DNA of 64,000 nucleotides. Source: an uncultured Pseudomonadota bacterium. GTDB taxonomy: Bacteria; Pseudomonadota; Gammaproteobacteria; Burkholderiales; SG8-39. This document shows positions 32,321 through 41,625 of this stretch, in pieces. The notes under the pieces were generated by a model. The model did not search any database, was not told the origin of the DNA, and saw only the letters and a program-made list of their open reading frames with translations. A program made the position numbers and the translations under genes. How positions within the stretch are numbered: position 1 is the stretch's first letter; each line of letters starts with the position of its first letter. The stretch covers positions 61,114 to 125,113 of the forward strand of contig CAWICY010000003.1 of assembly GCA_963834845.1 (NCBI GenBank), written 5' to 3'.

Positions 32321-33817
32321 TTACTCCGGTGTGAGCAGGGAAACGCCGAGCCTGGCGCGTCGCGTGAGCCAGGGGCTCGGCCGGTAGCGCGGTTCCTTGT
32401 AGAAATCGTACATCGCCTCGAGCACCGCGAGTATCCTGGCCGCGCCGATGGCGTCGCCCATGGCGAGCGGCCCATGCGGATAGCCGAGGCCCAGCACCAC
32501 GGCGCGATCGAGGTCCTGCGGCGAGGCGATTCGCTGTTGCACGATGTCGCAGCCGACGTTGACGACATGCGCGACAACGCGCTGCGCAACGAAGCCCGCG
32601 GAGTCGCGTATCACCGACACCGGCACCCCGTCGGCGGCGAGCAGCGCGTGCGCGGCATCGCGTGCCGCGGGCGTGGTAACCGGGGTGGTCATGAGCGTGC
32701 GGCGCTTGCCGAATCCGAACATCGGATCGAGGGCGACGGTACGCGCGGCAGGCAGCCCCAGCTCGAGCGCGCTCGCGGTGGCGTCCTTGCCGAGCGGCGC
32801 GACCATGCACACCGAGGCGGCGGATGTGTCGCTCGCCGTCCTGGCGCCGAGCCTCGTGACCAGCTCCTTCAGCTCGGGAACGCACCATACCGACTCTGGC
32901 CGTGCAGCCGGCACCGGCTGCTCGGGGACCTTGGCGGCTGCCCCGTCCATGCCGTACACGTACCAGCCGCGCCCGGTCTTGCGCCCGAACAGTCCTGCGG
33001 CCACGCGCGGCTCGTTCAGGTAGGACGGCCTGTATTTCGGCTCCTCGTAGTACTGCTGGTACATCGAGCGCATTACGGCGTGCGTCACGTCGAGCCCGAC
33101 GAGGTCCATGAGGCCGAAGGGGCCGAGGCGAAAGCCCGCGGCATCGACCAGGATGCGATCGATGGTGGCGAAGTCCGCGATGCCCTCCGAGAGTACGCGC
33201 AGCGACTCCGGGACGTAGGCGCGCCCCGCATGGTTGACGATGAAGCCCGGGGTGTCATTGCAGCGCACCGGCGTGTGCCCGAAGCGCTTTGCCAGAGCGC
33301 CGAGCGCCTCGCCGACCCAGGGCTCGGTCAGCGCGCCATCGACCACCTCGACGATCTTCATCACCGGCACCGGATTGAAGAAGTGGTAGCCGGCGACGCG
33401 TCCCGGCTTGCGGCATGCGGCCGCCATTGCAGTGACCGAAAGCGACGAGGTGTTGGAGGCGAGGATGCACTCCGGGGCGACGATCGCCTCGAGCGCGCGG
33501 AACAGCTCCTGCTTGGCGTCCAGCTTCTCGACGATCGCCTCGATCACCACGTGGGCGGGCGCCAGGGCATCGAGCGATGCGGCGATCTCGATGCGCGCCA
33601 GCGCCGCCTCCGCGTCCGCTTGCTGCACGCGCCCCTTTTCGACCAGCTTGCCGAGGGCCTGGGCGATTGCCTCGCGCGCCTTGCCGGCGGCACCGGGCTG
33701 GGCATCGAACACCAGCGTGCGCACGCCGCATTGGGCGAGCACCTGCACGACGCCGCGGCCCATGGTCCCAGCGCCGGCTACGCCGGCGACGAGGTCGCTG
33801 CGGGAGGCGTCGAGCAT
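32321..33817 (-). CDS. paaH: 3-hydroxyacyl-CoA dehydrogenase (PaaH-like)
   Basis: GAGTMGRG, IEAIVE, LASNTSS, HFFNPVP, PGFIVN, duplicated C-terminal domain. Confidence 0.9.
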   Translation of the reverse strand: MLDASRSDLVAGVAGAGTMGRGVVQVLAQCGVRTLVFDAQPGAAGKAREAIAQALGKLVEKGRVQQADAEAALARIEIAASLDALAPAHVVIEAIVEKLDAKQELFRALEAIVAPECILASNTSSLSVTAMAAACRKPGRVAGYHFFNPVPVMKIVEVVDGALTEPWVGEALGALAKRFGHTPVRCNDTPGFIVNHAGRAYVPESLRVLSEGIADFATIDRILVDAAGFRLGPFGLMDLVGLDVTHAVMRSMYQQYYEEPKYRPSYLNEPRVAAGLFGRKTGRGWYVYGMDGAAAKVPEQPVPAARPESVWCVPELKELVTRLGARTASDTSAASVCMVAPLGKDATASALELGLPAARTVALDPMFGFGKRRTLMTTPVTTPAARDAAHALLAADGVPVSVIRDSAGFVAQRVVAHVVNVGCDIVQQRIASPQDLDRAVVLGLGYPHGPLAMGDAIGAARILAVLEAMYDFYKEPRYRPSPWLTRRARLGVSLLTPE

Positions 33818-34006
33818 GGGATCCTGGAAAAACTGCAATTGTAGCGGGAGCCGCCCCTGGCTCCGCGGAAATGAGCGAAACCGGCGTCAAATGCTGAGGC
33901 TATAATCAACCAGCTAATGCTGGGTTATGCGGCCGGGGGGCCCGGAGGGAGCCCCTCGCGACGTAGAATAAATAAATGCGCCGCATGCGGCGCAAGGAGC
34001 CGGCAA

Positions 34007-34447
34007 ATGAAGTATCGCAAGATCCTTCTCGCCTACAACGGGTCCAACGAGGGCAAGCGCGCGCTGCTGGAATGCGCGGAGCTGGCAAACTTCCTCGGCG
34101 CCGAAACCCACCTGCTCGCGGTTGCGAGCATGCCGCCCAGCCTGTTCCTCACCGAAGGCTTCGTTCCCGAGGAACTCCTCGAAGAGGAGAAGAAGCGCAC
34201 CCAATCGGTGCTCGACGAAGGCATCCGCTCGCTGACCGAGAAGGGCTTCAAGGCCGCCGGCCACCTTGCGGTGGGTGAGCCGGTGGAGGAGATCTGCCGC
34301 GTGGCGAAGGAGCTCGGTGTCGACCTGATCGTGATCGGCCACAACCAGAATACGTCGTTTGCGGCGCGCTGGTGGAAGGGCTCGGTAGGCGCATCGCTGC
34401 TCGATTACGCACCCTGCAGCATCCTGATCGCACTGTCGCGCGCCTGA
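34007..34447 (+). CDS. Universal stress protein
   Basis: YRKILLAYNGS, GEPVEEI, DLIVIGH, GSVGASLLDYAPCSILI; SD AAGGAG. Confidence 0.92.
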   Translation: MKYRKILLAYNGSNEGKRALLECAELANFLGAETHLLAVASMPPSLFLTEGFVPEELLEEEKKRTQSVLDEGIRSLTEKGFKAAGHLAVGEPVEEICRVAKELGVDLIVIGHNQNTSFAARWWKGSVGASLLDYAPCSILIALSRA

Positions 34448-34505
34448 ATTTGTCGTTTCGAGTATTCGCGCGCAGCGTTCTGCCGCGCGCTTGTAGAATG
34501 TAGTC

Positions 34506-36842
34506 ATGCAGAGCTTCGGCACCAAAGGCAGGCTTGAAGACGAGCGCATGTTGAAGGGTCTGGGGCGCTACGTCTCCGACTGGGATCTTCCGCGGCAGGC
34601 CCATGCGCATTTCCTGCGCTCCGACCGGCCGCACGCGCGGATCGTCTCGATCGACACCAGCGCGGCGCTGGCGATGCCGGGCGTGATCGCGGTGCTCACC
34701 GGAGAGGACGTCGCGGCGGCGGGTGCGCAGGGACTGCCGGCGGCGGCGCCGGTCAAGGGACGCGACGGCTCGGAGCAGCCCAGGGTGCACCGTCCCGCGC
34801 TGGCGCAAGGCAAGGTACGCCACGTCGGCGAGGCTGTGGCGCTGGTGATCGCCGAGACGCGGCCGCAGGCGCAGGACGCGGCCGAGGCGGTGCTGGTCGA
34901 GTACGAGGACCTGCCCGCCGTGATCGGAGCGCAGGAGGCCATCGCGCCGGGCGCGCCGCAGCTGCACGACGGCATCGCCGGAAATCTCCTGCTCGACTTC
35001 GCCGGCGGCGACGAGGCGGCGACCAACGCGGCATTCGAGCGCGCGGCGCGCGTGGTGTCGCTCAACGCCTATCACACGCGCGTGGTGGGCAATCCGATGG
35101 AGCCGCGCGCCTGCACCGGCGTCTACGACGCGGCGGCCGACATGTACCAGCTGTATGCCTGCACCCAGGGTGCCTCGGCGATGCGCGGCCAGATCGCCGC
35201 CGTGCTGGGCATCGCGCCGGAAAAGATGCGCGTCGTCGCGGAGGAGGTCGGCGGCGGGTTCGGCGTGCGGTTCAATGCCTACCCGGAATACTGCGCCGTG
35301 CTGATCGCGGCCAAGAAGCTCGGCAGGCCGGTGAAGTGGGTCGGCACGCGCTCCGACGTGTTTCTCTCCGACGAGCAGGCGCGCGACGTGGTGCACCGCG
35401 GCGAGATGGCGCTCGACGATTCGGGGCGCATCCTCGGCATGCGCTTCGATTTCGTCTGCAACCTGGGCGCCTACGTGGCCTTCACCGGCACCTTCGTCAA
35501 CACCGTCAACCTGGTCAATGTGGCGAGCGGGGTGTACGACGTGCAGGCGATCCACGTGCGCGCCCGGCTGGCATTGACCAACACGGTGCCGACGGCGGCC
35601 TACCGCGGCGCCGGCCGGCCGGTGAGCTCCTACGCGATCGAGCGGCTGGTCGATCAGGCGGCCTGGGAGCTCAAGATGGACCCGGCCGAGTTCAGGCGCC
35701 GCAACCTGGTGCCCAAGAGCGCCTTTCCCTTCAAGATCGCGACCGGCTTCGAGTACGACTGCGGCGACTTCGAGGGCGTGCTCGCCGATGCGCTGAAGGC
35801 GGCGGACTGGAAGGGGTTCGAGACACGTCGCGCGGCCTCGGCGAAGCGCGGCTGGCTGCGCGGGCGCGGCATCGCCTGCTACATCGAGGCGACCGGCTCG
35901 GGCGGATTCGCGCCCTACGACCAGGTGCAGGTCTCGTGGGAGGAGCAAGCGCGCATCACGCTGCGCGCGACCTCCCACAACCACGGCCAGGGGCACGAAA
36001 CGGCGTTCGCGCAGATCGTCGCTGGCGTGCTCGGCGTGCCGATGGAGTCGATCCGGCTGCGCACCGCCGACCCCGACATGAACCTGACCGGGAACCCGAC
36101 CGGCGGCTCGCGCTCGCTGCACGGGGTGGGCAGCGTGATGCTGCTCGCGTCGCAGGAAGTGGTGAAGAAGGGCATGGCGCTGGCGGCCGACGATCTGGAG
36201 GTGGCGCAAGCCGACATCGAATTCGTCGACGGCCGCTACCGGGTCAAGGGCACCGACCGCGAGGTTGCGATCACGGCGCTAGCGAAGAAGCACCGCGGCG
36301 CGCTGGATGTCAACCTGAAGGACAAGAAGGTGGGATCGACGTTCCCGAACGGTTGCCACATCGCGGAGGTCGAGATCGAGCCCGACACGGGGATGGTGGA
36401 GATCGTCTCCTACCTCGCCTGCGACGATGCCGGCAACATCATCAACGATCAGTTGGTCGAGGGCCAGATGCAGGGCGGGATCACGCAGGGCGCCGGCCAC
36501 ATCCTGGGCGAGCAGGCGCTCTACGACCGCGACACCGGCCAGCTGCTCACCGGCAGCTTCATGGATTACCCGATGCCGCGCGCGCTGCTCGTCGACGGCC
36601 TGAGGGTGATCCACCACCCGGTGCCGACCAAGACCAATCCGCTGGGCGCCAAGGGCGTCGGCGAGGCCGGCGTCACGGGCTCGATGCCGTGCATCATGAA
36701 CGCGATCCTCGACGCCCTGCGCACGGCGGGCGTGACTCATTTCGACATGCCGGCGAGCCCGCACCGCGTCTGGCAGGCGCTCGCCGCGGCGAAGACCGGC
36801 AATCCGCGCGCCATGGCCGTGGCGCAGTCGCCTACGCTATAA
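34506..36842 (+). CDS. Xanthine dehydrogenase-family molybdopterin-binding subunit (CoxL form II-like)
   Basis: EDERMLKGLGRY, VGGGFG, AYRGAGRP, HGQGHET, QMQGGITQG, GAKGVGEAG. Confidence 0.92.
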   Translation: MQSFGTKGRLEDERMLKGLGRYVSDWDLPRQAHAHFLRSDRPHARIVSIDTSAALAMPGVIAVLTGEDVAAAGAQGLPAAAPVKGRDGSEQPRVHRPALAQGKVRHVGEAVALVIAETRPQAQDAAEAVLVEYEDLPAVIGAQEAIAPGAPQLHDGIAGNLLLDFAGGDEAATNAAFERAARVVSLNAYHTRVVGNPMEPRACTGVYDAAADMYQLYACTQGASAMRGQIAAVLGIAPEKMRVVAEEVGGGFGVRFNAYPEYCAVLIAAKKLGRPVKWVGTRSDVFLSDEQARDVVHRGEMALDDSGRILGMRFDFVCNLGAYVAFTGTFVNTVNLVNVASGVYDVQAIHVRARLALTNTVPTAAYRGAGRPVSSYAIERLVDQAAWELKMDPAEFRRRNLVPKSAFPFKIATGFEYDCGDFEGVLADALKAADWKGFETRRAASAKRGWLRGRGIACYIEATGSGGFAPYDQVQVSWEEQARITLRATSHNHGQGHETAFAQIVAGVLGVPMESIRLRTADPDMNLTGNPTGGSRSLHGVGSVMLLASQEVVKKGMALAADDLEVAQADIEFVDGRYRVKGTDREVAITALAKKHRGALDVNLKDKKVGSTFPNGCHIAEVEIEPDTGMVEIVSYLACDDAGNIINDQLVEGQMQGGITQGAGHILGEQALYDRDTGQLLTGSFMDYPMPRALLVDGLRVIHHPVPTKTNPLGAKGVGEAGVTGSMPCIMNAILDALRTAGVTHFDMPASPHRVWQALAAAKTGNPRAMAVAQSPTL

Positions 36843-36855
36843 GAGGAGGTGCCAC

Positions 36856-37200
36856 GTGAAGGCAGCGATGAAGCCGATCAGGAACGAATTCCCGTGGGGC
36901 ACGATCGAGTGGCTGGCCAACGACGAGGTGGGCAATAGCCATGAGCTTTCGCTTGCGCGCATGACGCTGCCCGCGGGCAATGCGACTGATACCCATATAC
37001 ACGCCAACTGCGAGGAATCGATATACGTGGTGCGCGGCAAGGTGGAGTGCCGCATCGGCAAGGACCGTGTGCAGATGTCGGCGGGCGGGCAGTCGGTGGT
37101 TCCCAGGGGGGCGGTGCACGGTATCCGCAACGTCGGCGACGCGCCGGCGGAAATCATCCTGTCCTATTCGTCGGCGGCGCGCGCGTTCGAGCTGGCCTGA
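36856..37200 (+). CDS. Cupin-domain protein
   Basis: HIHANCEESIYVVRG and VPRGAVHGIRNVG cupin motifs; SD GAGGAGG. Confidence 0.88.
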   Translation: MKAAMKPIRNEFPWGTIEWLANDEVGNSHELSLARMTLPAGNATDTHIHANCEESIYVVRGKVECRIGKDRVQMSAGGQSVVPRGAVHGIRNVGDAPAEIILSYSSAARAFELA

Positions 37201-37240
37201 AACGCGGAGCTGCGCAGCACGCGGTCTAAGCTGCGCAACG

Positions 37241-37648
37241 ATGCAGTTCGATTATTTCGAGCACGACGCCGACGTCGGGGTGATCGGGCGCGGAGCCACG
37301 CTTGAGCAGGCTTTTGTCGCGGGCGCGCAGGCGGTGTTCTCCCTTATCACGCAGCTCGATGCCATCCAGCAGCGCGAACGACTCGACGTGGAATTCGAGG
37401 AGGCGGACGCCGAGCTCGCGTTCGTGACCTGGATCAACCTGCTGCTCGCACGGGCGCAGGAAAATGAGCTTGTGCTAGGAAAATTCGAGCTCGAGCGTGA
37501 CGGCGATCGCTGGCGCGGACGCGCCTGGGGAGAGCCCTGGCGTGCCGACATGGAGCGCGGCGTCGACGTCAAGGGCGCGACCCTGACCATGCTATCGGTG
37601 GCGCAGGCAGATGGCGGCTGGGAAGCGCGCTGCATCGTGGACGTGTGA
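37241..37648 (+). CDS. Archease
   Basis: YFEHDADVGVIGRG, DVKGAT, C-terminal IVDV. Confidence 0.92.
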   Translation: MQFDYFEHDADVGVIGRGATLEQAFVAGAQAVFSLITQLDAIQQRERLDVEFEEADAELAFVTWINLLLARAQENELVLGKFELERDGDRWRGRAWGEPWRADMERGVDVKGATLTMLSVAQADGGWEARCIVDV

Positions 37649-37658
37649 GGCGACGAAC

Positions 37659-39092
37659 ATGGACATGACGCGCCTCAACGCGATCGACCCTTGGACGTGG
37701 ACCGTGCCGCTCGCTCTCGGCGAGTCGCGGCATGAGGTGAAGCTCTACGGCTCGCGCGAGCTGCTCGAGACCATGGACGACAAGGTGCTCGAGCAGATCA
37801 CCAACGTGGCGCGGCTGCCAGGCCTGGTCGGCGCGGCGATGACCATGCCGGATGCGCATTGGGGCTACGGCTTCCCAATCGGCGGCGTGGCGGCCTTCGA
37901 CGCCGAGCGCGGCGGCATCATTTCGGCCGGCGGCGTGGGATTCGATATTTCCTGCGGCATTCGCTGCCTGCGCACCGACCTGACCCTCGCCGACATCATG
38001 CCGCGGCTCAAGCCGCTCGCCGACGGCCTGTACCGCGACATCCCGGCCGGGGTGGGCGAGGGCGGGCACATCCGGCTCGACGTTCCGGCGCTCGACCGCG
38101 TGCTCGCGGGTGGCGCCGAGTGGGCGGTCGAGCAGGGCTATGGCGAGCGATCGGACCTCGAGTACGTGGAGGAGAAGGGGCGCGCTTCGGGTGCCGTGCC
38201 GGGGAGCGTTTCCGCGCTGGCGAAGAAGCGCCAGCTGGGCGAAATGGGCACGCTCGGCTCCGGCAACCACTACCTCGAGGTGCAGTGGGTCGAGCGCATC
38301 CTCGATGCGGAGGCGGCGCGCGCATTTGGGCTTTTCGAGGGTCAGATCTTGATCTCGATTCATTGTGGCTCACGCGGCCTCGGTCACCAGATCGGCACGG
38401 AGTACCTGGTCAGCCTCGCCAAGGCCGCCGGGCGCCTGGGCATTGCCTTGCCCGATCGCGAGCTCGCTTGCGCGCCGATCAACTCCGACGAAGGTCGCGC
38501 CTACCTCGGCGCGATGCACGCGGCGACGAACTGCGCCCTCGCCAACCGCCAGATCCTTGCGCATCTGACGCGCCGCGTGTTCGCGCATCATTTTCCGCAG
38601 CGGCGGCTCGAGACTCTGTTCGACGTCTCGCACAACACCTGCAAGGCGGAGTGGCACGAGGTCGAGGGAAGGCGGCGCCTGCTCTACGTGCACCGCAAGG
38701 GCGCCACGCGCGCCTTCGGCCCGGGGCACCCCGCCTTGCCTGCGCGCTACCGTGAGGTCGGCCAGCCGGTGATCATCGGCGGCAGCATGGGCACGGGTTC
38801 GTACATCCTCGCCGGCACCGCGGAGAGCGAGGCGCGCGCGTTCAGCTCGGCAAGCCACGGCGCCGGCCGTGCGATGAGTCGCCACGCCGCGCTGAAGCGC
38901 TGGCAGGGCCGCGAGCTGCTGAAGGATCTCGAGACCCGCGGGGTGCTCGTGCGCACGCGCTCGATGCGCGGCGCGGCCGAGGAGGCGCCCGGCGCCTACA
39001 AGGACGTCGAGCGTGTTGCCGAGGCGACCGAGCGCGCCGGCCTCGCGCGCCGCGTTGCGGTGCTGCGGCCGAAGATTTGCGTCAAGGGCTGA
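37659..39092 (+). CDS. rtcB: RNA 3'-phosphate/2',3'-cyclic phosphate ligase RtcB (archaeal/archease-dependent type)
   Basis: MPDAHWGYGFPIGGV, GFDISCG, GTLGSGNHYLE, HCGSRG, DVSHN, HRKGAT, SHGAGR, EEAPGAYKD. Confidence 0.96.
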   Translation: MDMTRLNAIDPWTWTVPLALGESRHEVKLYGSRELLETMDDKVLEQITNVARLPGLVGAAMTMPDAHWGYGFPIGGVAAFDAERGGIISAGGVGFDISCGIRCLRTDLTLADIMPRLKPLADGLYRDIPAGVGEGGHIRLDVPALDRVLAGGAEWAVEQGYGERSDLEYVEEKGRASGAVPGSVSALAKKRQLGEMGTLGSGNHYLEVQWVERILDAEAARAFGLFEGQILISIHCGSRGLGHQIGTEYLVSLAKAAGRLGIALPDRELACAPINSDEGRAYLGAMHAATNCALANRQILAHLTRRVFAHHFPQRRLETLFDVSHNTCKAEWHEVEGRRRLLYVHRKGATRAFGPGHPALPARYREVGQPVIIGGSMGTGSYILAGTAESEARAFSSASHGAGRAMSRHAALKRWQGRELLKDLETRGVLVRTRSMRGAAEEAPGAYKDVERVAEATERAGLARRVAVLRPKICVKG

Positions 39093-39096
39093 AAGG

Positions 39097-40653
39097 GTGA
39101 TCGAGGAACTGCGCGATCCGGGGCGCTACCCGCATCCGGCGGACCACGTCGAAGTGCTGGAAACGCACATCTCGTGGGTGCTGCTGGCCGGCGAATATGC
39201 CTACAAGGTGAAGAAGCCGGTCAACCTCGGCTTTCTCGACTTCAGCACCCTGGAGGCGCGGCACTACTATTGCGAGGAGGAGTTGCGGCTCAACCGCCGC
39301 ACGGCGCCGCGGCTCTACCTGGAGGTGGTGCCGATCACCGGCAGTGAATCGGCGCCGCAGCTCGGCGGAACGGGCGATGCGATCGAGTACGCAGTGAAGA
39401 TGCGGCGCTTTCCGCAGGAAGCGCTGCTCAGCCGCATGGCGCTGGACGGCGCGCTCGGCGAAGCGCATATCGACGCGCTGGCGCACGGCATCGCCGCGTT
39501 CCATGCGCGCATCGCGCGTGCCGACCCGGCGCGCTCGCACGGTTCGCCCGCCGACGTGCTGGCGCCCGCCGTGCAGAATATCGACCAGATCGAGGCATTG
39601 ATCGGCTCGGGCGCAGAGGTGCCAGAGCTGGAGCGGCTGCGCGGCTGGACGCGGGACGAGCACGCGCGCCTGCGCGCCATCTTCGAGGCGCGCAAGCGCG
39701 AGGGCTACGTGCGCGAATGCCACGGCGACCTGCACCTGGGCAACATCGCGCTCATCGACGACGAGCCGACGCCGTTCGACGGCATCGAGTTCAACGAGGC
39801 GCTCAGGTGGATCGACGTCATGAACGAGGTCGCGTTCCTGGTGATGGACCTGCTGGACCGCCGGCTGCCGCGGCTCGCATACCGCTTTCTGAACGCTTAT
39901 CTGGAGGCTACCGGGGACTATGCCGGACTCGCGGTGCTGCGCTTTTACCTGGTGTACCGCGCCCTGGTGCGGGCCAAGGTGGCGTGCATCCGCGTGCACC
40001 AGCAGGGGCTGCCGGGCGACGAACAGCGCCGTGCCGGGCGCGACTACCTCGAGTACCTGCGCCTCGCGCACTCGCTCGCTCTGGAGTCGAAGCGCGCGCT
40101 GATCGTCATGCACGGCCTCTCGGGATCGGGAAAGACGACCATCGCCCAATATCTGCTCGAGACGTACGGCGCAGTGCGCGTTCGCTCGGACATCGAGCGC
40201 AAGCGCCTGCTGGGCCTCGAGGCCCGGGCACGCACCGGCTCCGCACCCGGCGCAGGCACCTATGCCGCGGACCTCACGGCGCGAACCTACGAGCGGCTGG
40301 CGACCCTGTCCCGCGCGGTCCTGGCGGCAGGCTATCCGGCGATCGTCGACGCGACCTTTCTCGCTCGCGCGCAGCGCGAGGCGTTCGCCGCGCTGGCGCG
40401 CGACATGGGACTGCCCTTTGCCATTGCGGCCTGCGAGGCGCCGGAAGCGGTGCTGCGCGACAGGGTGGCGAGCCGCGAGCGGGAAGCGAGGGATGCTTCG
40501 GAGGCGGGCGTGAGCGTGCTCGAGTACCAGCTCGCGACCTGCGAGCCGCTGTCGGATGCGGAGCGGCGCGACTGCTTCACATTCGACTCGCGGCGGGAGC
40601 CGCGCGAGTCGGCATCTGCGCTCGCACGCAAGCTCGGATTGACGCTATCCTGA
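39097..40653 (+). CDS. Bifunctional APH-like kinase / P-loop (AAA_33) nucleotide kinase (Rv2004c-like)
   Basis: ETHISWVLL..YKVKKPV.LGFLDFST, ECHGDLHLGNI, FDGIEFN; HGLSGSGKTT, RSDIERK, IVDATF, DASEA; GTG start inferred. Confidence 0.9.
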   Translation: MIEELRDPGRYPHPADHVEVLETHISWVLLAGEYAYKVKKPVNLGFLDFSTLEARHYYCEEELRLNRRTAPRLYLEVVPITGSESAPQLGGTGDAIEYAVKMRRFPQEALLSRMALDGALGEAHIDALAHGIAAFHARIARADPARSHGSPADVLAPAVQNIDQIEALIGSGAEVPELERLRGWTRDEHARLRAIFEARKREGYVRECHGDLHLGNIALIDDEPTPFDGIEFNEALRWIDVMNEVAFLVMDLLDRRLPRLAYRFLNAYLEATGDYAGLAVLRFYLVYRALVRAKVACIRVHQQGLPGDEQRRAGRDYLEYLRLAHSLALESKRALIVMHGLSGSGKTTIAQYLLETYGAVRVRSDIERKRLLGLEARARTGSAPGAGTYAADLTARTYERLATLSRAVLAAGYPAIVDATFLARAQREAFAALARDMGLPFAIAACEAPEAVLRDRVASREREARDASEAGVSVLEYQLATCEPLSDAERRDCFTFDSRREPRESASALARKLGLTLS

Positions 40654-40659
40654 GCGGCG

Positions 40660-41625
40660 ATGAAGTATTTTGATGTGTTCAATGGCGACGCGGACGGCAT
40701 CTGTGCGCTGCACCAACTGCGCCTCGCTGACCCGCAGCATGCCGAGCTGGTGACCGGGGTGAAGCGCGACATCGAGCTGCTGCAGCGCGTCGCGGCTACC
40801 GCGGGCGACCGCGTCACGGTGCTCGACGTTTCACTCGAGCGCAATCGCGGCGCCCTGCTCAGGCTCCTCGATCGGGGCGTCAAGGTGCGCTATTTCGATC
40901 ACCACTCCGCCGGAGAGCTGCCGTCGCATCCGGGGCTCGAGACCTTCATCGACCAGGCGGGGGGCGTGTGCACCAGCATGCTCGTGGACCGCTACCTGGA
41001 GGGCAGATACCGAATCTGGGCGGTGGTCGCCGCGTTCGGCGACCAGCTGCCGGAATCCGCGCTGCGCCTCGGCGCCGGCCTCGCGCTCGGTGCGCCGCAG
41101 CTGCAGGTGCTGCGCGCGCTCGGTGAGAACCTCAACTACAACGCCTACGGCGAAACCGAGGCCGATCTGCTGGTGCCGCCTGCCGAGCTGTTCCGCGTCG
41201 TGAGCCGCTTCGCCGATCCGTTTCTCCTGAGCGCTGAAGAACCGTTGGTTCGGCGCCTGAGCGGGCAGCGCGCGGCGGACATGGACCAGGCGCTGCGGGT
41301 CGCGCCGTACCGCTCCGCGCCCAGTTTCGACGCTTTCATGCTGCCCGACGAGGCCTGGAGCCGGCGCGTCAGCGGCAGCTTCGCCAATCACCTTGCGCGC
41401 ACCGACCCGGGCCGGGCGCATGCGGTGCTCACCCCGAGCTCCCGTGGCGGGTATTCGGTCAGCGTGCGCGCGCCCGCGGCGGGCGGCATTTTTGCGGCGG
41501 ACGTGTGCAGACGCTTTCCGACCGGTGGCGGGCGCCGCGAGGCCGGAGGCATCGACCGGCTCGAGCCGCGCCGGCTCGACGAGTTTCTCGCCGTGCTCGA
41601 GCAGAGCTACCCGTCGGGCGACTAG
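40660..41625 (+). CDS. DHH-family phosphoesterase
   Basis: FNGDADG, VLDVS, YFDHH, AAFGD, C-terminal SVSVRAP...GGGRREAGG. Confidence 0.85.
   Translation: MKYFDVFNGDADGICALHQLRLADPQHAELVTGVKRDIELLQRVAATAGDRVTVLDVSLERNRGALLRLLDRGVKVRYFDHHSAGELPSHPGLETFIDQAGGVCTSMLVDRYLEGRYRIWAVVAAFGDQLPESALRLGAGLALGAPQLQVLRALGENLNYNAYGETEADLLVPPAELFRVVSRFADPFLLSAEEPLVRRLSGQRAADMDQALRVAPYRSAPSFDAFMLPDEAWSRRVSGSFANHLARTDPGRAHAVLTPSSRGGYSVSVRAPAAGGIFAADVCRRFPTGGGRREAGGIDRLEPRRLDEFLAVLEQSYPSGD

Noticed and set aside
33901-34006. sRNA or structured leader before the USP gene (TATAAT, GGGGC/GCCCC hairpin with GGA loop)
   Set aside because: Hairpins are short and unremarkable for this GC content; a second -10 (TAGAAT) nearer the gene explains the region
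34506-36842. Aerobic CO dehydrogenase
   Set aside because: Has AYRGAGR rather than the form I AYXCSFR motif, and no coxMS or accessory genes
39097-40653. Aminoglycoside resistance gene
   Set aside because: APH-like fold only, fused to a P-loop kinase in a widespread family; no resistance or mobile context
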